Assembly (NCBI GenBank): GCA_905478415.1
Contig: CAJQIG010000004.1
Location: 139,523-203,522, forward strand
DNA length: 64,000 bases
Direction: 5' to 3'
DNA from: an uncultured Patescibacteria group bacterium
Lineage (GTDB): Bacteria > Patescibacteriota > Microgenomatia > UBA1400 > PJMF01
Each line of letters begins with the position of its first letter. The stretch's first letter is position 1. A program made the translations under genes and the position numbers. The notes below the pieces were generated by a model. The model was not told the origin of the DNA. It worked only from the letters and a program-made list of their open reading frames with translations, and ran no database searches. Shown here one piece after another: positions 1 through 9,572 of the stretch.

Positions 1-1
1 G

Positions 2-64
2 TCAACTGACTTAAGAGGATTAGTTCTTGGGGCTGCCATTATGGCAATAATGTCATTGTTCTAA
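2..64 (+). CDS. 3' end of a gene running off the window start; hydrophobic C-terminus ...LVLGAAIMAIMSLF, stop TAA at 62-64
   Basis: open frame from window edge to TAA; followed by hairpin terminator. Confidence 0.3.
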   Translation, partial: STDLRGLVLGAAIMAIMSLF

Positions 65-81
65 GTTTTTTTCTGTTGTGA

Positions 82-115
82 TGCCCCCTGAAATATGGGG
101 GCATTTTTTTACCCC
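82..115 (+). terminator. rho-independent terminator (atgccccc-loop-gggggcat followed by T7)
   Basis: perfect 8-bp GC-rich stem plus T-run read directly from sequence. Confidence 0.6.
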
Positions 116-480
116 GTTACAATCCGAGGTGTAAAAATAAGCACAGCGCAAATAAAAGCAACAATTGCTAAAACTAAGACTGAACCAGCAGCGACATCTC
201 GAGCACGTGTGGTCACGTAGTACGCTAGATCGTTTCGATCAACCAAGATATTACAGACTTCTTCTATAGCCGTATTGACCATCTCTGCCGACCACACAGC
301 AGCAATTAATAGTAAGATAATCATCCATTCGGTTGTGGAAATTTGATAATACCAACTTGCACTGATAACTACAATAGCAGCCACCCCATGCACACGCATA
401 TTACGCTCTGTAAACCCAGCTATAATGCCATTGAAGGCATAGACAAAACCCTTGAAGAATTTTTTAATTTTTTTCAACAT
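109..480 (-). CDS. diacylglycerol/undecaprenol kinase family (DgkA-like) small membrane protein
   Basis: 123 aa, 3 TM helices, DgkA-like conserved core (NxxxHxxxxxVV...E..N.AIE). Confidence 0.65.
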   Translation of the reverse strand: MLKKIKKFFKGFVYAFNGIIAGFTERNMRVHGVAAIVVISASWYYQISTTEWMIILLLIAAVWSAEMVNTAIEEVCNILVDRNDLAYYVTTRARDVAAGSVLVLAIVAFICAVLIFTPRIVTG

Positions 481-506
481 ATATCCATTGTGGCACAGAA
501 AGAGCT

Positions 507-944
507 TCAGCTCAATTCTTGCTTAAGAATTATGATGTCATCCTGCGTAACTTGTGAAAGTGGTAACTCTTCTGCCTCTGCAAGAGAAAACCAACCAATT
601 TGATCACATTTTTCTGGTTCCCTATTCGTTGGGACCCCCGCTACAATTCGACATAAAAAAGTCTGAGCTACCCAGTGTTGCTCTTCTTCTGGCAGGATGT
701 GATCAACCAGGTTAAATCGTTTGATAATTGAAATGGTCACACCAAATTCTTCCATCACTTCTCTCTGTATTGCAACCTCAAGTGTTTCGTTAAACTCAAC
801 TGCTCCACCGGGAATCTCCCAGGTGCCTCGCTCATTTTTTGCCTTTTGACTTCGAAGCGCCAAAAAAACTTTATTTTCTTCATTTAAGATCAGGGCTCCA
901 ACGCCAACTCCAATACAATCTGTACCAACTCGTACCTGTTTCAT
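507..944 (-). CDS. NUDIX hydrolase
   Basis: Nudix box GGAVEFNETLEVAIQREVMEEFGV. Confidence 0.75.
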   Translation of the reverse strand: MKQVRVGTDCIGVGVGALILNEENKVFLALRSQKAKNERGTWEIPGGAVEFNETLEVAIQREVMEEFGVTISIIKRFNLVDHILPEEEQHWVAQTFLCRIVAGVPTNREPEKCDQIGWFSLAEAEELPLSQVTQDDIIILKQELS

Positions 945-1165
945 TCTGTAGTCCTTTCAAATACTTTTTCTCTAGAAGTCAGGCCAGCAACTTGACGTAA
1001 ATTATTTTTTTTGATCTTGAAATGTTTTGCTAGTTGTTCGAGTACAGCCTGATTGGCTTTACCTTTTTCTGGAGCAGCCGTTACCCAAACTTTAAATGAA
1101 TTCTCTGAAATTTTTACTATTTTTTTCTGTTTAGCTTTTGGAATCACTGTAACTGTAATAAACAT
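941..1165 (-). CDS. DUF167/YggU-family small protein (ORF extends to 1225 but likely starts at MFITV)
   Basis: MFITVTVIPKAKQ...KGKANQAVLEQLAKHF pattern typical of UPF0235/DUF167; upstream part of ORF overlaps terminator hairpin. Confidence 0.55.
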   Translation of the reverse strand: MFITVTVIPKAKQKKIVKISENSFKVWVTAAPEKGKANQAVLEQLAKHFKIKKNNLRQVAGLTSREKVFERTTE

Positions 1166-1193
1166 ATAGTTATTTATAACATGAATACAAAAT

Positions 1194-1217
1194 GGGGGCG
1201 GCGCAAGCGCCGCCCCC
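1194..1217 (-). terminator. GC-rich hairpin terminator (gggggcggcgc-aa-gcgccgccccc) downstream of the 1236..1943 gene; U-run on minus-strand transcript
   Basis: 11-bp perfect stem; A-run upstream on + strand gives U-tract for minus transcript. Confidence 0.65.
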
Positions 1218-1235
1218 ATCTCCATAATCTAAAAA

Positions 1236-1943
1236 TTATAAATAAATACCCAACAACTGTAAAAATCCGAGAATTCCATGAATAACTCCGAAGATGACTG
1301 TTACCCATACAAAGTATTTATGTACAGCAGTCCAAGGCTTGTGTACCCCAGTAGCATCAAGCGGATCAGGGCCAGGACGCTGTCCCACCCAAGGTAAACG
1401 CATCTGTGCCCATGGCATTGCAAAACAAGTTCCAAAGGTTAAGACAAACAGAATGCCTAATCCAATGCCTGTCCAACCGAGGACAGAAATTCCAAGCCAG
1501 CGCAAACGAGATTCGTACCATTTTTTAGTCGGCATTTCTTTTTCAGCGACTTCTTCAGAAATCAACATTGGTTCTGCCACAGCGTCTGCAGCCTCAAACC
1601 CCTCAAGTACACCAACCTGAGTAAAGCCAGTAAAGACTTCATCGCCGTGAGGAGCCTGCTCCATATCAGCAGTTAAATCTTTTCCAGCTTGAAGCCCAAA
1701 GTGTTCTCCCAGTTTCCACAAAGCACTGTCACTGACATCGTAAACAATGCCTTGGTATGAAGTGTACGACTGAGAACCACCTTGTCCATTATACTTAGCT
1801 AACTCTTCGACAGTAAAAATCTTTTGTTGAGCCGAAGCTAAAGTACTACTCAGCACTAAAACCCCAAGAGCTAAAACGAAGCTATTAAAAATTAAGTGTA
1901 TTTTTTTAAACATAAAAACCTTAATGAGCCGCTTCCTCTTCAA
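1236..1943 (-). CDS. membrane protein with extracytoplasmic cytochrome b5-like heme/steroid-binding domain
   Basis: signal anchor; FTVEELAKYNGQGG...YQGIVYDVS...WKLGEHFG b5-type motif; C-terminal 3-TM domain. Confidence 0.55.
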   Translation of the reverse strand: MKRKRLIKVFMFKKIHLIFNSFVLALGVLVLSSTLASAQQKIFTVEELAKYNGQGGSQSYTSYQGIVYDVSDSALWKLGEHFGLQAGKDLTADMEQAPHGDEVFTGFTQVGVLEGFEAADAVAEPMLISEEVAEKEMPTKKWYESRLRWLGISVLGWTGIGLGILFVLTFGTCFAMPWAQMRLPWVGQRPGPDPLDATGVHKPWTAVHKYFVWVTVIFGVIHGILGFLQLLGIYL

Positions 1944-2850
1944 CCACTGGAGCAGGATATCCGAACGGAATTAGATAGGTAATGGTCTCATGCTGATCGA
2001 GACCCAGTTGCTCAACAACGGCCACAGGATTAAAACCAGCTGTCACTACCGTTCCCAGTCCAAGGCTCTGAGCTTGCAAATAGATATTCTGACCAATGTG
2101 GCCAGCTTCTAAATCTGAAACCGATTGTGGATCATCTGGAAATTTTTCTTGCATCTTCGCAAAAGCTGTTCCAATAGCAATTACCACTGGAGCAGTCTGT
2201 GAGTTTGGTTGTACTTCGGCAGCAATTAATCTATCCCCAGCATCTGCTACACCTAGATCGGAAAGCGCATGAGTTTCTGATTCATAGCGATAAAGACCAG
2301 GTTTGACCCCATCTACATTTCTGACAATTACATATAATGTATGAGGATAGAGTCCTCGAGCAGATGGAGCCGTACGGTGACCACTGTCATCAGTAACCCC
2401 TTGTCCTGCCCACAGCATTTGAGAGACATCAGACAAACTGACAGGAGTCTCTTCAAACGTGCGAATACTTCTGCGTGAAGCTAACGCTTCTTCTACAGAA
2501 AGCTCACCTTTAGTATCTGGCTTTGGCAGTGCCACTGTGCCTACAGCAGGGATTGGTTCTGGCATAACAAAAAGCGCAGCAGCCAGTTCTTTCTCTTCCA
2601 TTGACCCAGCCACGGGAAGATTCATACCACTGGCATCACTTTTTCTCATCTCAACGACCCAAAGGGTAAAGAAAAGAGTTGATAAACCAACCATAATAAT
2701 GACTAAAAAAGAAAGTAACTCTTTTTTCATCGGCATACCGCCCTTGAGGCAAGTATCGCAGTTTTTGTCTCCACAGCACTTCTCTGTAGACTTTTTTGGA
2801 AGTACATCGACAGGTGGTGTCATCTCGACTTGGGCAGTTGGTTCAGGCAT
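1921..2850 (-). CDS. SagB/ThcOx-type nitroreductase-family dehydrogenase, membrane-anchored, Cys-rich N-terminal tail
   Basis: LSVEEALASRRSIRTFEE...MLWAGQG...YPHTLYVIVRNVDGVKPGLYRY nitroreductase fold motifs; N-term KCCGDKNCDTC then TM. Confidence 0.6.
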   Translation of the reverse strand: MPEPTAQVEMTPPVDVLPKKSTEKCCGDKNCDTCLKGGMPMKKELLSFLVIIMVGLSTLFFTLWVVEMRKSDASGMNLPVAGSMEEKELAAALFVMPEPIPAVGTVALPKPDTKGELSVEEALASRRSIRTFEETPVSLSDVSQMLWAGQGVTDDSGHRTAPSARGLYPHTLYVIVRNVDGVKPGLYRYESETHALSDLGVADAGDRLIAAEVQPNSQTAPVVIAIGTAFAKMQEKFPDDPQSVSDLEAGHIGQNIYLQAQSLGLGTVVTAGFNPVAVVEQLGLDQHETITYLIPFGYPAPVVEEEAAH

Positions 2851-2952
2851 AGTTCCTTTATACTTTTAATTACACACTAAAAGCTACTCAAAAGAGAGCT
2901 ACCTCTATTAAAGCTTCTTTACTGAATTTAGTCAAGAATAGACGCTAGTTAC

Positions 2953-4260
<1,308 letters not shown>

Positions 4261-4303
4261 TTACTATCTATGTACCATGTAACGCTAGTAGTATATACCG
4301 CCC

Positions 4304-4338
4304 CACAAAAAAAGGCGAACACTGAGGTCCGCCTTTTT
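4304..4338 (-). terminator. hairpin flanked by A7 and T5 between 4361..5242 gene and eno; bidirectional-type terminator
   Basis: aaaaaaaggcgaac-actgag-gtccgcctttttac, 7-bp stem with one mismatch. Confidence 0.45.
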
Positions 4339-4360
4339 ACTAAAATGTTTTTACTTCAGA

Positions 4361-5242
4361 TTAGCTTTTCTTCTTACTAATCTGTTCTTCTAAAACGTTC
4401 CACCACTTAGTGCGGAACATGACTGCTTTTTCGATACCAGCATCAATCATTCCAAAGTATGCCTCTGGATCACCCAGAGCATCTTGGTCCAGCATTGCAA
4501 TAACTTCATAGCCAGCGCCTTTACCCTGGACCTCCTCCAACATCCGTAAAACCGTTCCGATATCATCGACCCAGAGGTCCCAATGGACTCCGGGGTCGTT
4601 TGGCCATAATGAGCATTCGAGAAAGTATCCACCCTCGGGATAGATCTGCGGATGGGACGTCCAGCCAAACCAACGCGGGTGACTTGGCTTGCTAAAGTCA
4701 TACATGCTGATACGTCGACTAACAAGTGCGGCGATTTCTGCTTCCAACCTGGCTTCATGATCCAGCTGTAGACCTATGTGGTGCAACACAGAACCATACA
4801 CCATGTGGTGAAGCAAAACTGTCGCTACCATAGCGTCTGCATTCTGGCTCCACTGTGAACAGGCCACAATATAGTAGCGCTGTACGTCTTCCATCCAGAC
4901 GGCTACTCCACCCTTGTAACCAGCTGAATGTTCATGTGGAAATGGAGTGGACTGAACTCCATCAACTTGTTGAATAGAATACAGCAATTCGGCTGCCTTA
5001 TGGCGGCCATACACAACGCCAAGTGGGTCTTCGAGCTTCTCTACAGCGCCAGCCCAGCCATGACGTTCAAACCGAACCTTTTTATTGGCATCGGCAATTA
5101 GAATCGACACATGGAGGGGAGTCCCCGAGTGTGTCATCATGGCATTAGCTAACATCAAAGCTGAGTTAACTCGTTTCTCTTCACGCAAATCATAAAACAA
5201 AGCTGCTACAGAATCCTGACTAAAACCAATTGGATGTATCAA
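4361..5242 (-). CDS. hypothetical protein (293 aa), GC-richer than surroundings
   Basis: long ORF, no recognisable motif; ~50% GC by eye. Confidence 0.45.
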   Translation of the reverse strand: MIHPIGFSQDSVAALFYDLREEKRVNSALMLANAMMTHSGTPLHVSILIADANKKVRFERHGWAGAVEKLEDPLGVVYGRHKAAELLYSIQQVDGVQSTPFPHEHSAGYKGGVAVWMEDVQRYYIVACSQWSQNADAMVATVLLHHMVYGSVLHHIGLQLDHEARLEAEIAALVSRRISMYDFSKPSHPRWFGWTSHPQIYPEGGYFLECSLWPNDPGVHWDLWVDDIGTVLRMLEEVQGKGAGYEVIAMLDQDALGDPEAYFGMIDAGIEKAVMFRTKWWNVLEEQISKKKS

Positions 5243-5415
5243 AAGTTTGCTCCTTCTGTGCTTTGCACAGTTTGAGAATTAAAAACATTTTATTAAAGAA
5301 AAATTGCGATACGCAGCACTAATACCGGCGTTCGCAGAGCTGCTATTCTACCCTATAACAATAAGAATGAGAAGCCCAGCAATAAAACAGGCGGACTGGG
5401 ATAAAGAAACGCAAA

Positions 5416-5439
5416 AGAGGCCGGGTTAAACCGGCCTCT
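5416..5439 (-). terminator. rho-independent terminator after lipoprotein gene (agaggccgg-gttaaa-ccggcctct)
   Basis: 9-bp perfect stem, U-run on minus transcript. Confidence 0.6.
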
Positions 5440-5462
5440 TTCAAAGTATCTGTATTTATTTT

Positions 5463-6527
5463 TTAGGGGGCATCGAAGCTGTGGCCATCAGGACCCCAAA
5501 TGTCTCCATGATCGTGGTAGTTAATATTTTGAGCCAAATGGCCACCAATAGTAACCGCCACACCCATTGGACCTGAATGCTCTGGAACCCTAAAATTAGT
5601 CACATTACAACCAGATTCAGTATCCAAAATGGTTTCATGAACCTCAATGGTCTGATCATGGCTCGTAATTTCTACGTTCCCCAGCTGGGGGTTGGTGTAC
5701 ACACTGTTTGTGTCACCAGTAGAAGGACCAATTTTGAAATAAGCATGCAACGCCGGATCATCAAACTCGCATTTGACTACAGGCATTGCTGTTCCATTGA
5801 GTACTGGCTCATCACCAACTGCATCCATTGACTGATGCGAGGCTTCAAGCCAAGCATCAAACTCAGACACCCAGGCTTCTGCCTCCTCTAGATTATTAAT
5901 TGCCCAATCAATCAGGGTTTGAATTCCACAGTCCCCTGCATTGAATCGAACAATGATATATGTTTTGTTCGCAGCTGGCCACACATAACTGTCACCAGAT
6001 CCACGAACATAATAACTCACAAAGTTATCACTTCCGTTCCTGCTAAAGACCACTGTATCATAACGATTATCAAATGCTGGCTGCCAGCTAGTGCTGGTAA
6101 AACCAGATTCGACATCCGCCCCAACCGCGTTGGAATACTCAATATTAACTGAACAAGCTGTGAGTCCAGAATTCAGAACAAACTCTGGCACACCTGGTTT
6201 GATCAAACCAACTACTGCACCTTCGTCAGGCATAGCTGTAACTACAACTGTCGGAACAACCGAGGTAGCGGTTACTTCAGGAACCATCGTTTTTGCTGGG
6301 ACTGGTGTAACTGCAACTGTTGTCGGCTCCACCAAGGGCACTTTGGTCCCCGTCGGTGCAACAGTCGCTTGCCGGACCACAACTTGTGTTGGTGTAGGCA
6401 CAGTAACTTCATCCTGACAGGAAACTAAGGTTAAGGCAATAATAAAGGTTAGAGCAATCAATAAGAGAGAAGGTCGTTTTTTCACAATTTTTCCTTTTTG
6501 AATTAGAATTTGAAAAACAATAATCAC
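5463..6527 (-). CDS. secreted lipoprotein with Thr/Val/Pro-rich linker and C-terminal globular domain
   Basis: lipobox LTLVSC; low-complexity TVPTPTQVV linker. Confidence 0.5.
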   Translation of the reverse strand: MIIVFQILIQKGKIVKKRPSLLLIALTFIIALTLVSCQDEVTVPTPTQVVVRQATVAPTGTKVPLVEPTTVAVTPVPAKTMVPEVTATSVVPTVVVTAMPDEGAVVGLIKPGVPEFVLNSGLTACSVNIEYSNAVGADVESGFTSTSWQPAFDNRYDTVVFSRNGSDNFVSYYVRGSGDSYVWPAANKTYIIVRFNAGDCGIQTLIDWAINNLEEAEAWVSEFDAWLEASHQSMDAVGDEPVLNGTAMPVVKCEFDDPALHAYFKIGPSTGDTNSVYTNPQLGNVEITSHDQTIEVHETILDTESGCNVTNFRVPEHSGPMGVAVTIGGHLAQNINYHDHGDIWGPDGHSFDAP

Positions 6528-6751
6528 ACAACCTAAAAATCTAGGATGCGCTTGCTCCAGCTACAAAAGTAACCAAAGCAAGCACATCCACTTTTTACAG
6601 ATAATTTGTTAAAGATATTTGAATTGTTGGCAACGTTGAGGCAATCTCAACGTAAAACAAGTCAAATATATACGCATCTGGTGCGTATTAATGGCTCATT
6701 ATAACACAAAAAGTTGAATATTATAAGACGCAATGGCGACATTAATCAAGA

Positions 6752-7111
6752 TTATTTAAAATTCTCAAATTCAAGCAATAAAGCCTCAAGTTCCTCGAGT
6801 TCGCTCTCTTGCTCTTCAAAATTTTTGGCTAAATCAGCACTGACTTGAGTCGAAGAATCAGCTAAACGAACAGCTTGTCTTCGGTCATAAAAACCTGGTA
6901 AGAAAACAATACCAACTACCAATATAAAAGCAAAACCCATTGCTACCTGAGTAAACCATCTAGAAAATAGTTTGTGACCACTCTGTTTTTTTCTATCAAA
7001 TGATACCTTCAGCTCTTCCCTAAGTGCTTCTTTAAAAACCCCTCGAGGAGCTTTTGCTTCGGCAAAAAGCCAATGTTCCTGTAATGTTTTATTCATGTTT
7101 CCTCCTTTCAC
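6752..7111 (-). CDS. putative anti-sigma factor (single-pass membrane protein) co-transcribed with ECF sigma
   Basis: 4-nt overlap with sigma gene; one TM helix; position typical of anti-sigma. Confidence 0.4.
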   Translation of the reverse strand: MKGGNMNKTLQEHWLFAEAKAPRGVFKEALREELKVSFDRKKQSGHKLFSRWFTQVAMGFAFILVVGIVFLPGFYDRRQAVRLADSSTQVSADLAKNFEEQESELEELEALLLEFENFK

Positions 7112-7704
7112 ACCTTTTTTTCCTGATTAGCAATCACCTTTTTCTTTGCTCGCAAAGCATACACTTTGACCTGATTTTCACTCAGTGACAACTGCTTAGC
7201 CACTTCTTTGACCGAGAGCTTATCGAGGTACCGCAACTCTAAAATTGTTTTCTGCAAATCTGGTAACACAGAAAGTAATGTATCCAAATACTTCGCCTTC
7301 TTTGCTTCATTTTCAGGATCAATCAAACAAATAGAATCGGGAAATTCCCAGGCCGAAAAGTCAACTTTTACTTCACAATACTTATGCTGTCGTATCCAAC
7401 GAAAAACTTTGCGTTTAGCAATGGTGTAGAGCCAATTTTTAAAACTACCTTTATTCGAGTACCTTTGAATACTTTTAACCATTTCCATCATGGTTTCTGA
7501 TGTCAGGTCCTCAGCCGTGGCTTCATCTTGGCATTGCCAATAACAAAACCGGTAGAGTGGCTCAAAAAAGTATTCGTAGAGTGCTTCCAGCGCAGCCCAA
7601 TCACCAGATTGAGCTGCCACAACCCATTGAGCAACAAGTGCTTCATTACTCTTTTTTAAGTTTCTACTTTGTTTAGACATACTAGGCATTGTACAAGCAT
7701 ACAA
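7108..7704 (-). CDS. ECF-type RNA polymerase sigma-70 factor
   Basis: region 2 (EALYEYFFEPLYRFCYWQ) and region 4 HTH (LSVKEVAKQLSLSENQVKVYALRAKKKV). Confidence 0.8.
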   Translation of the reverse strand: MYACTMPSMSKQSRNLKKSNEALVAQWVVAAQSGDWAALEALYEYFFEPLYRFCYWQCQDEATAEDLTSETMMEMVKSIQRYSNKGSFKNWLYTIAKRKVFRWIRQHKYCEVKVDFSAWEFPDSICLIDPENEAKKAKYLDTLLSVLPDLQKTILELRYLDKLSVKEVAKQLSLSENQVKVYALRAKKKVIANQEKKV

Positions 7705-7727
7705 GTGACACTTGCCTCAAGTACTCG

Positions 7728-8048
7728 TTATTCAATTTCGCTGAGATCATTTGAACCTGGAGTAGCTGCCCCAAATTCAGCATCTAAGGTTGAAAGAGCA
7801 TCGAGTAACTCTGCATCGGTAGAATCTTCACTCACTTCAGGCAGTTCCTCTTCTTCGAGTACACGTCCCTGCTGTTCAAAATTCTCTGGGACAGCTTCAT
7901 CGCCCATAAAGAAACCTTTTTCTTCGGTGGTACCTTCAGTATCCTGCTGCAGCTGCTGGGATGGTGATCGTGATGATAGTATTCCCCGCATGAGTAACAT
8001 GGCTAAAATGCCACCAATAAAGATGTATGTCAGTGTCTTAGTTGTCAT
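7728..8048 (-). CDS. hypothetical membrane protein with acidic C-terminal tail (likely start MTTKTL)
   Basis: one TM helix; D/E-rich tail. Confidence 0.35.
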   Translation of the reverse strand: MTTKTLTYIFIGGILAMLLMRGILSSRSPSQQLQQDTEGTTEEKGFFMGDEAVPENFEQQGRVLEEEELPEVSEDSTDAELLDALSTLDAEFGAATPGSNDLSEIE

Positions 8049-8652
8049 TGGTTTCCCTTTCTGACTGCAAAAGAGCCCGTGCTGCTGGTCTGACTTCGTT
8101 CTTGTAGTACTCACGAGCATCTGCAATAGCTTGGCGTACCACAGTCAATTGTGTTCGAGCAGCTACAAGAGCCTCTTTAAAAGCCCCCTCTGATTCACCA
8201 CAAGCATGACCCTTTGTTTGATTAAGTAAATCAACCAACGTTGCATACTCACCATCTGCTACCACTATTTTTGCCTTAAACTCTGTCGTTTTTGCTTCAA
8301 GATCAGTGGTATCTTTACCTTTTTCTTGGGCTCGAGTAATAACTTTATCAATAATTTCGAGTGCCTTAGCCTCCATTCGTTGGAAGCGACTTCTATTCTC
8401 GGAATAGCGAGTTGTCCAAGTGTCGATTCTATTTGTAGCTAGAGAACAACGTTGTTCTTGAACTTCCCCACGCTGCTCCTGAAACTGTTCTCTATTTTCT
8501 TGATTTTGTTCTTTCTTTTCCTGAAATTGAGCGCGAAGACCCTCTCTTTTCTCTTGAGGTGTTTGAGCTGAAATAGTTCCAACCAGTGGTGAAAAAAGCA
8601 TTCCTCCGACAATAGCCATTACGGCCAAATTTTTACCTACTGTCATACACAT
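8038..8652 (-). CDS. hypothetical secreted coiled-coil protein
   Basis: signal peptide; Q/E/R-rich helical region. Confidence 0.4.
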   Translation of the reverse strand: MCMTVGKNLAVMAIVGGMLFSPLVGTISAQTPQEKREGLRAQFQEKKEQNQENREQFQEQRGEVQEQRCSLATNRIDTWTTRYSENRSRFQRMEAKALEIIDKVITRAQEKGKDTTDLEAKTTEFKAKIVVADGEYATLVDLLNQTKGHACGESEGAFKEALVAARTQLTVVRQAIADAREYYKNEVRPAARALLQSERETNDN

Positions 8653-8698
8653 TCCTTCCGTTACTTTGCATGTACCTAGTAATAGAGTGCTTGAAAGG

Positions 8699-9028
8699 TT
8701 ACAGTTGTTTGATTTTCTCGATAAAAGCCGCGATCATACCATCAAGCAGTTTTTGATAGGTAGCTAAAAGAGACATATCTTTCTTTGAAAATAACTCATC
8801 AATCGAAGCATTAAAAACCAAAATATCTTCTTTACTCTGAACACTTTCTAACTGCTGAGTGAGTTTTTCCATTGTTCCATCAGGTAACTTCGTAACGTCT
8901 ACGCCCATTTCTTCAAATGACTGTAAAAATGCAGCGCTACTAAAAGCGGCAAGAGCAATATGCAACTCTTTTTCAGAGATGTTTTTTTCCTTTGCGAGTT
9001 GAAGTAATAGTTCTGTGGTTGTATTCAT
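8699..9028 (-). CDS. hypothetical protein
   Basis: ORF in operon with neighbours. Confidence 0.4.
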   Translation of the reverse strand: MNTTTELLLQLAKEKNISEKELHIALAAFSSAAFLQSFEEMGVDVTKLPDGTMEKLTQQLESVQSKEDILVFNASIDELFSKKDMSLLATYQKLLDGMIAAFIEKIKQL

Positions 9029-9036
9029 ATTGGTAC

Positions 9037-9471
9037 CTATAAGAAACGATGCAGCATACTGAGTATTTGATTATACTTGGCGATATACGGTGCTGAGTTC
9101 AGCACAAACGATACAGTGTTCCAAACGATAACACCAGCTGCTCCACCAGCTAGCAAGCTCTTCCCCGTTGATATATTAACTATTTTAAATGAGACAAAAA
9201 AAGCTATCCCCATAGCAATGCCTGCAATATCAGGTAAATGTGCCGCCATTTCAGTCAATTTACCAAGATCAGCTTGTGAATTCATTTGAGCTAGCTCGGT
9301 AGAAGGAGCAATTACAGCTGATAACATCAATTTTTCTAAGCCTGCCCTAAACCTGGAGGGAATTACCTCAGTAGCTGCTTGTAAGGCTGGAGATAGCTCA
9401 CCTCTTTCTGGACTCTCAGGAACTTCATCTGATGGAGAAAAATTGTTTTCATTCATATAATACGGCTTCAA
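9037..9471 (-). CDS. hypothetical protein with C-terminal TM helices
   Basis: ORF; hydrophobic C-terminal half. Confidence 0.4.
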   Translation of the reverse strand: MKPYYMNENNFSPSDEVPESPERGELSPALQAATEVIPSRFRAGLEKLMLSAVIAPSTELAQMNSQADLGKLTEMAAHLPDIAGIAMGIAFFVSFKIVNISTGKSLLAGGAAGVIVWNTVSFVLNSAPYIAKYNQILSMLHRFL

Positions 9472-9572
9472 CAGGTAGTAAGTACTATCAGATTATATCT
9501 TACAGCACCTTTTTGCTAGATCAAATCTAAAAAAATTGATTTCAACATAGAACCCTTCAGCTGTAAAATGCT

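Noticed and set aside
4447-4758. 103-aa ORF nested in 4361..5242
   Set aside because: It is in a different frame of the same strand inside the longer GC-rich ORF. It was likely generated by the GC-rich composition.
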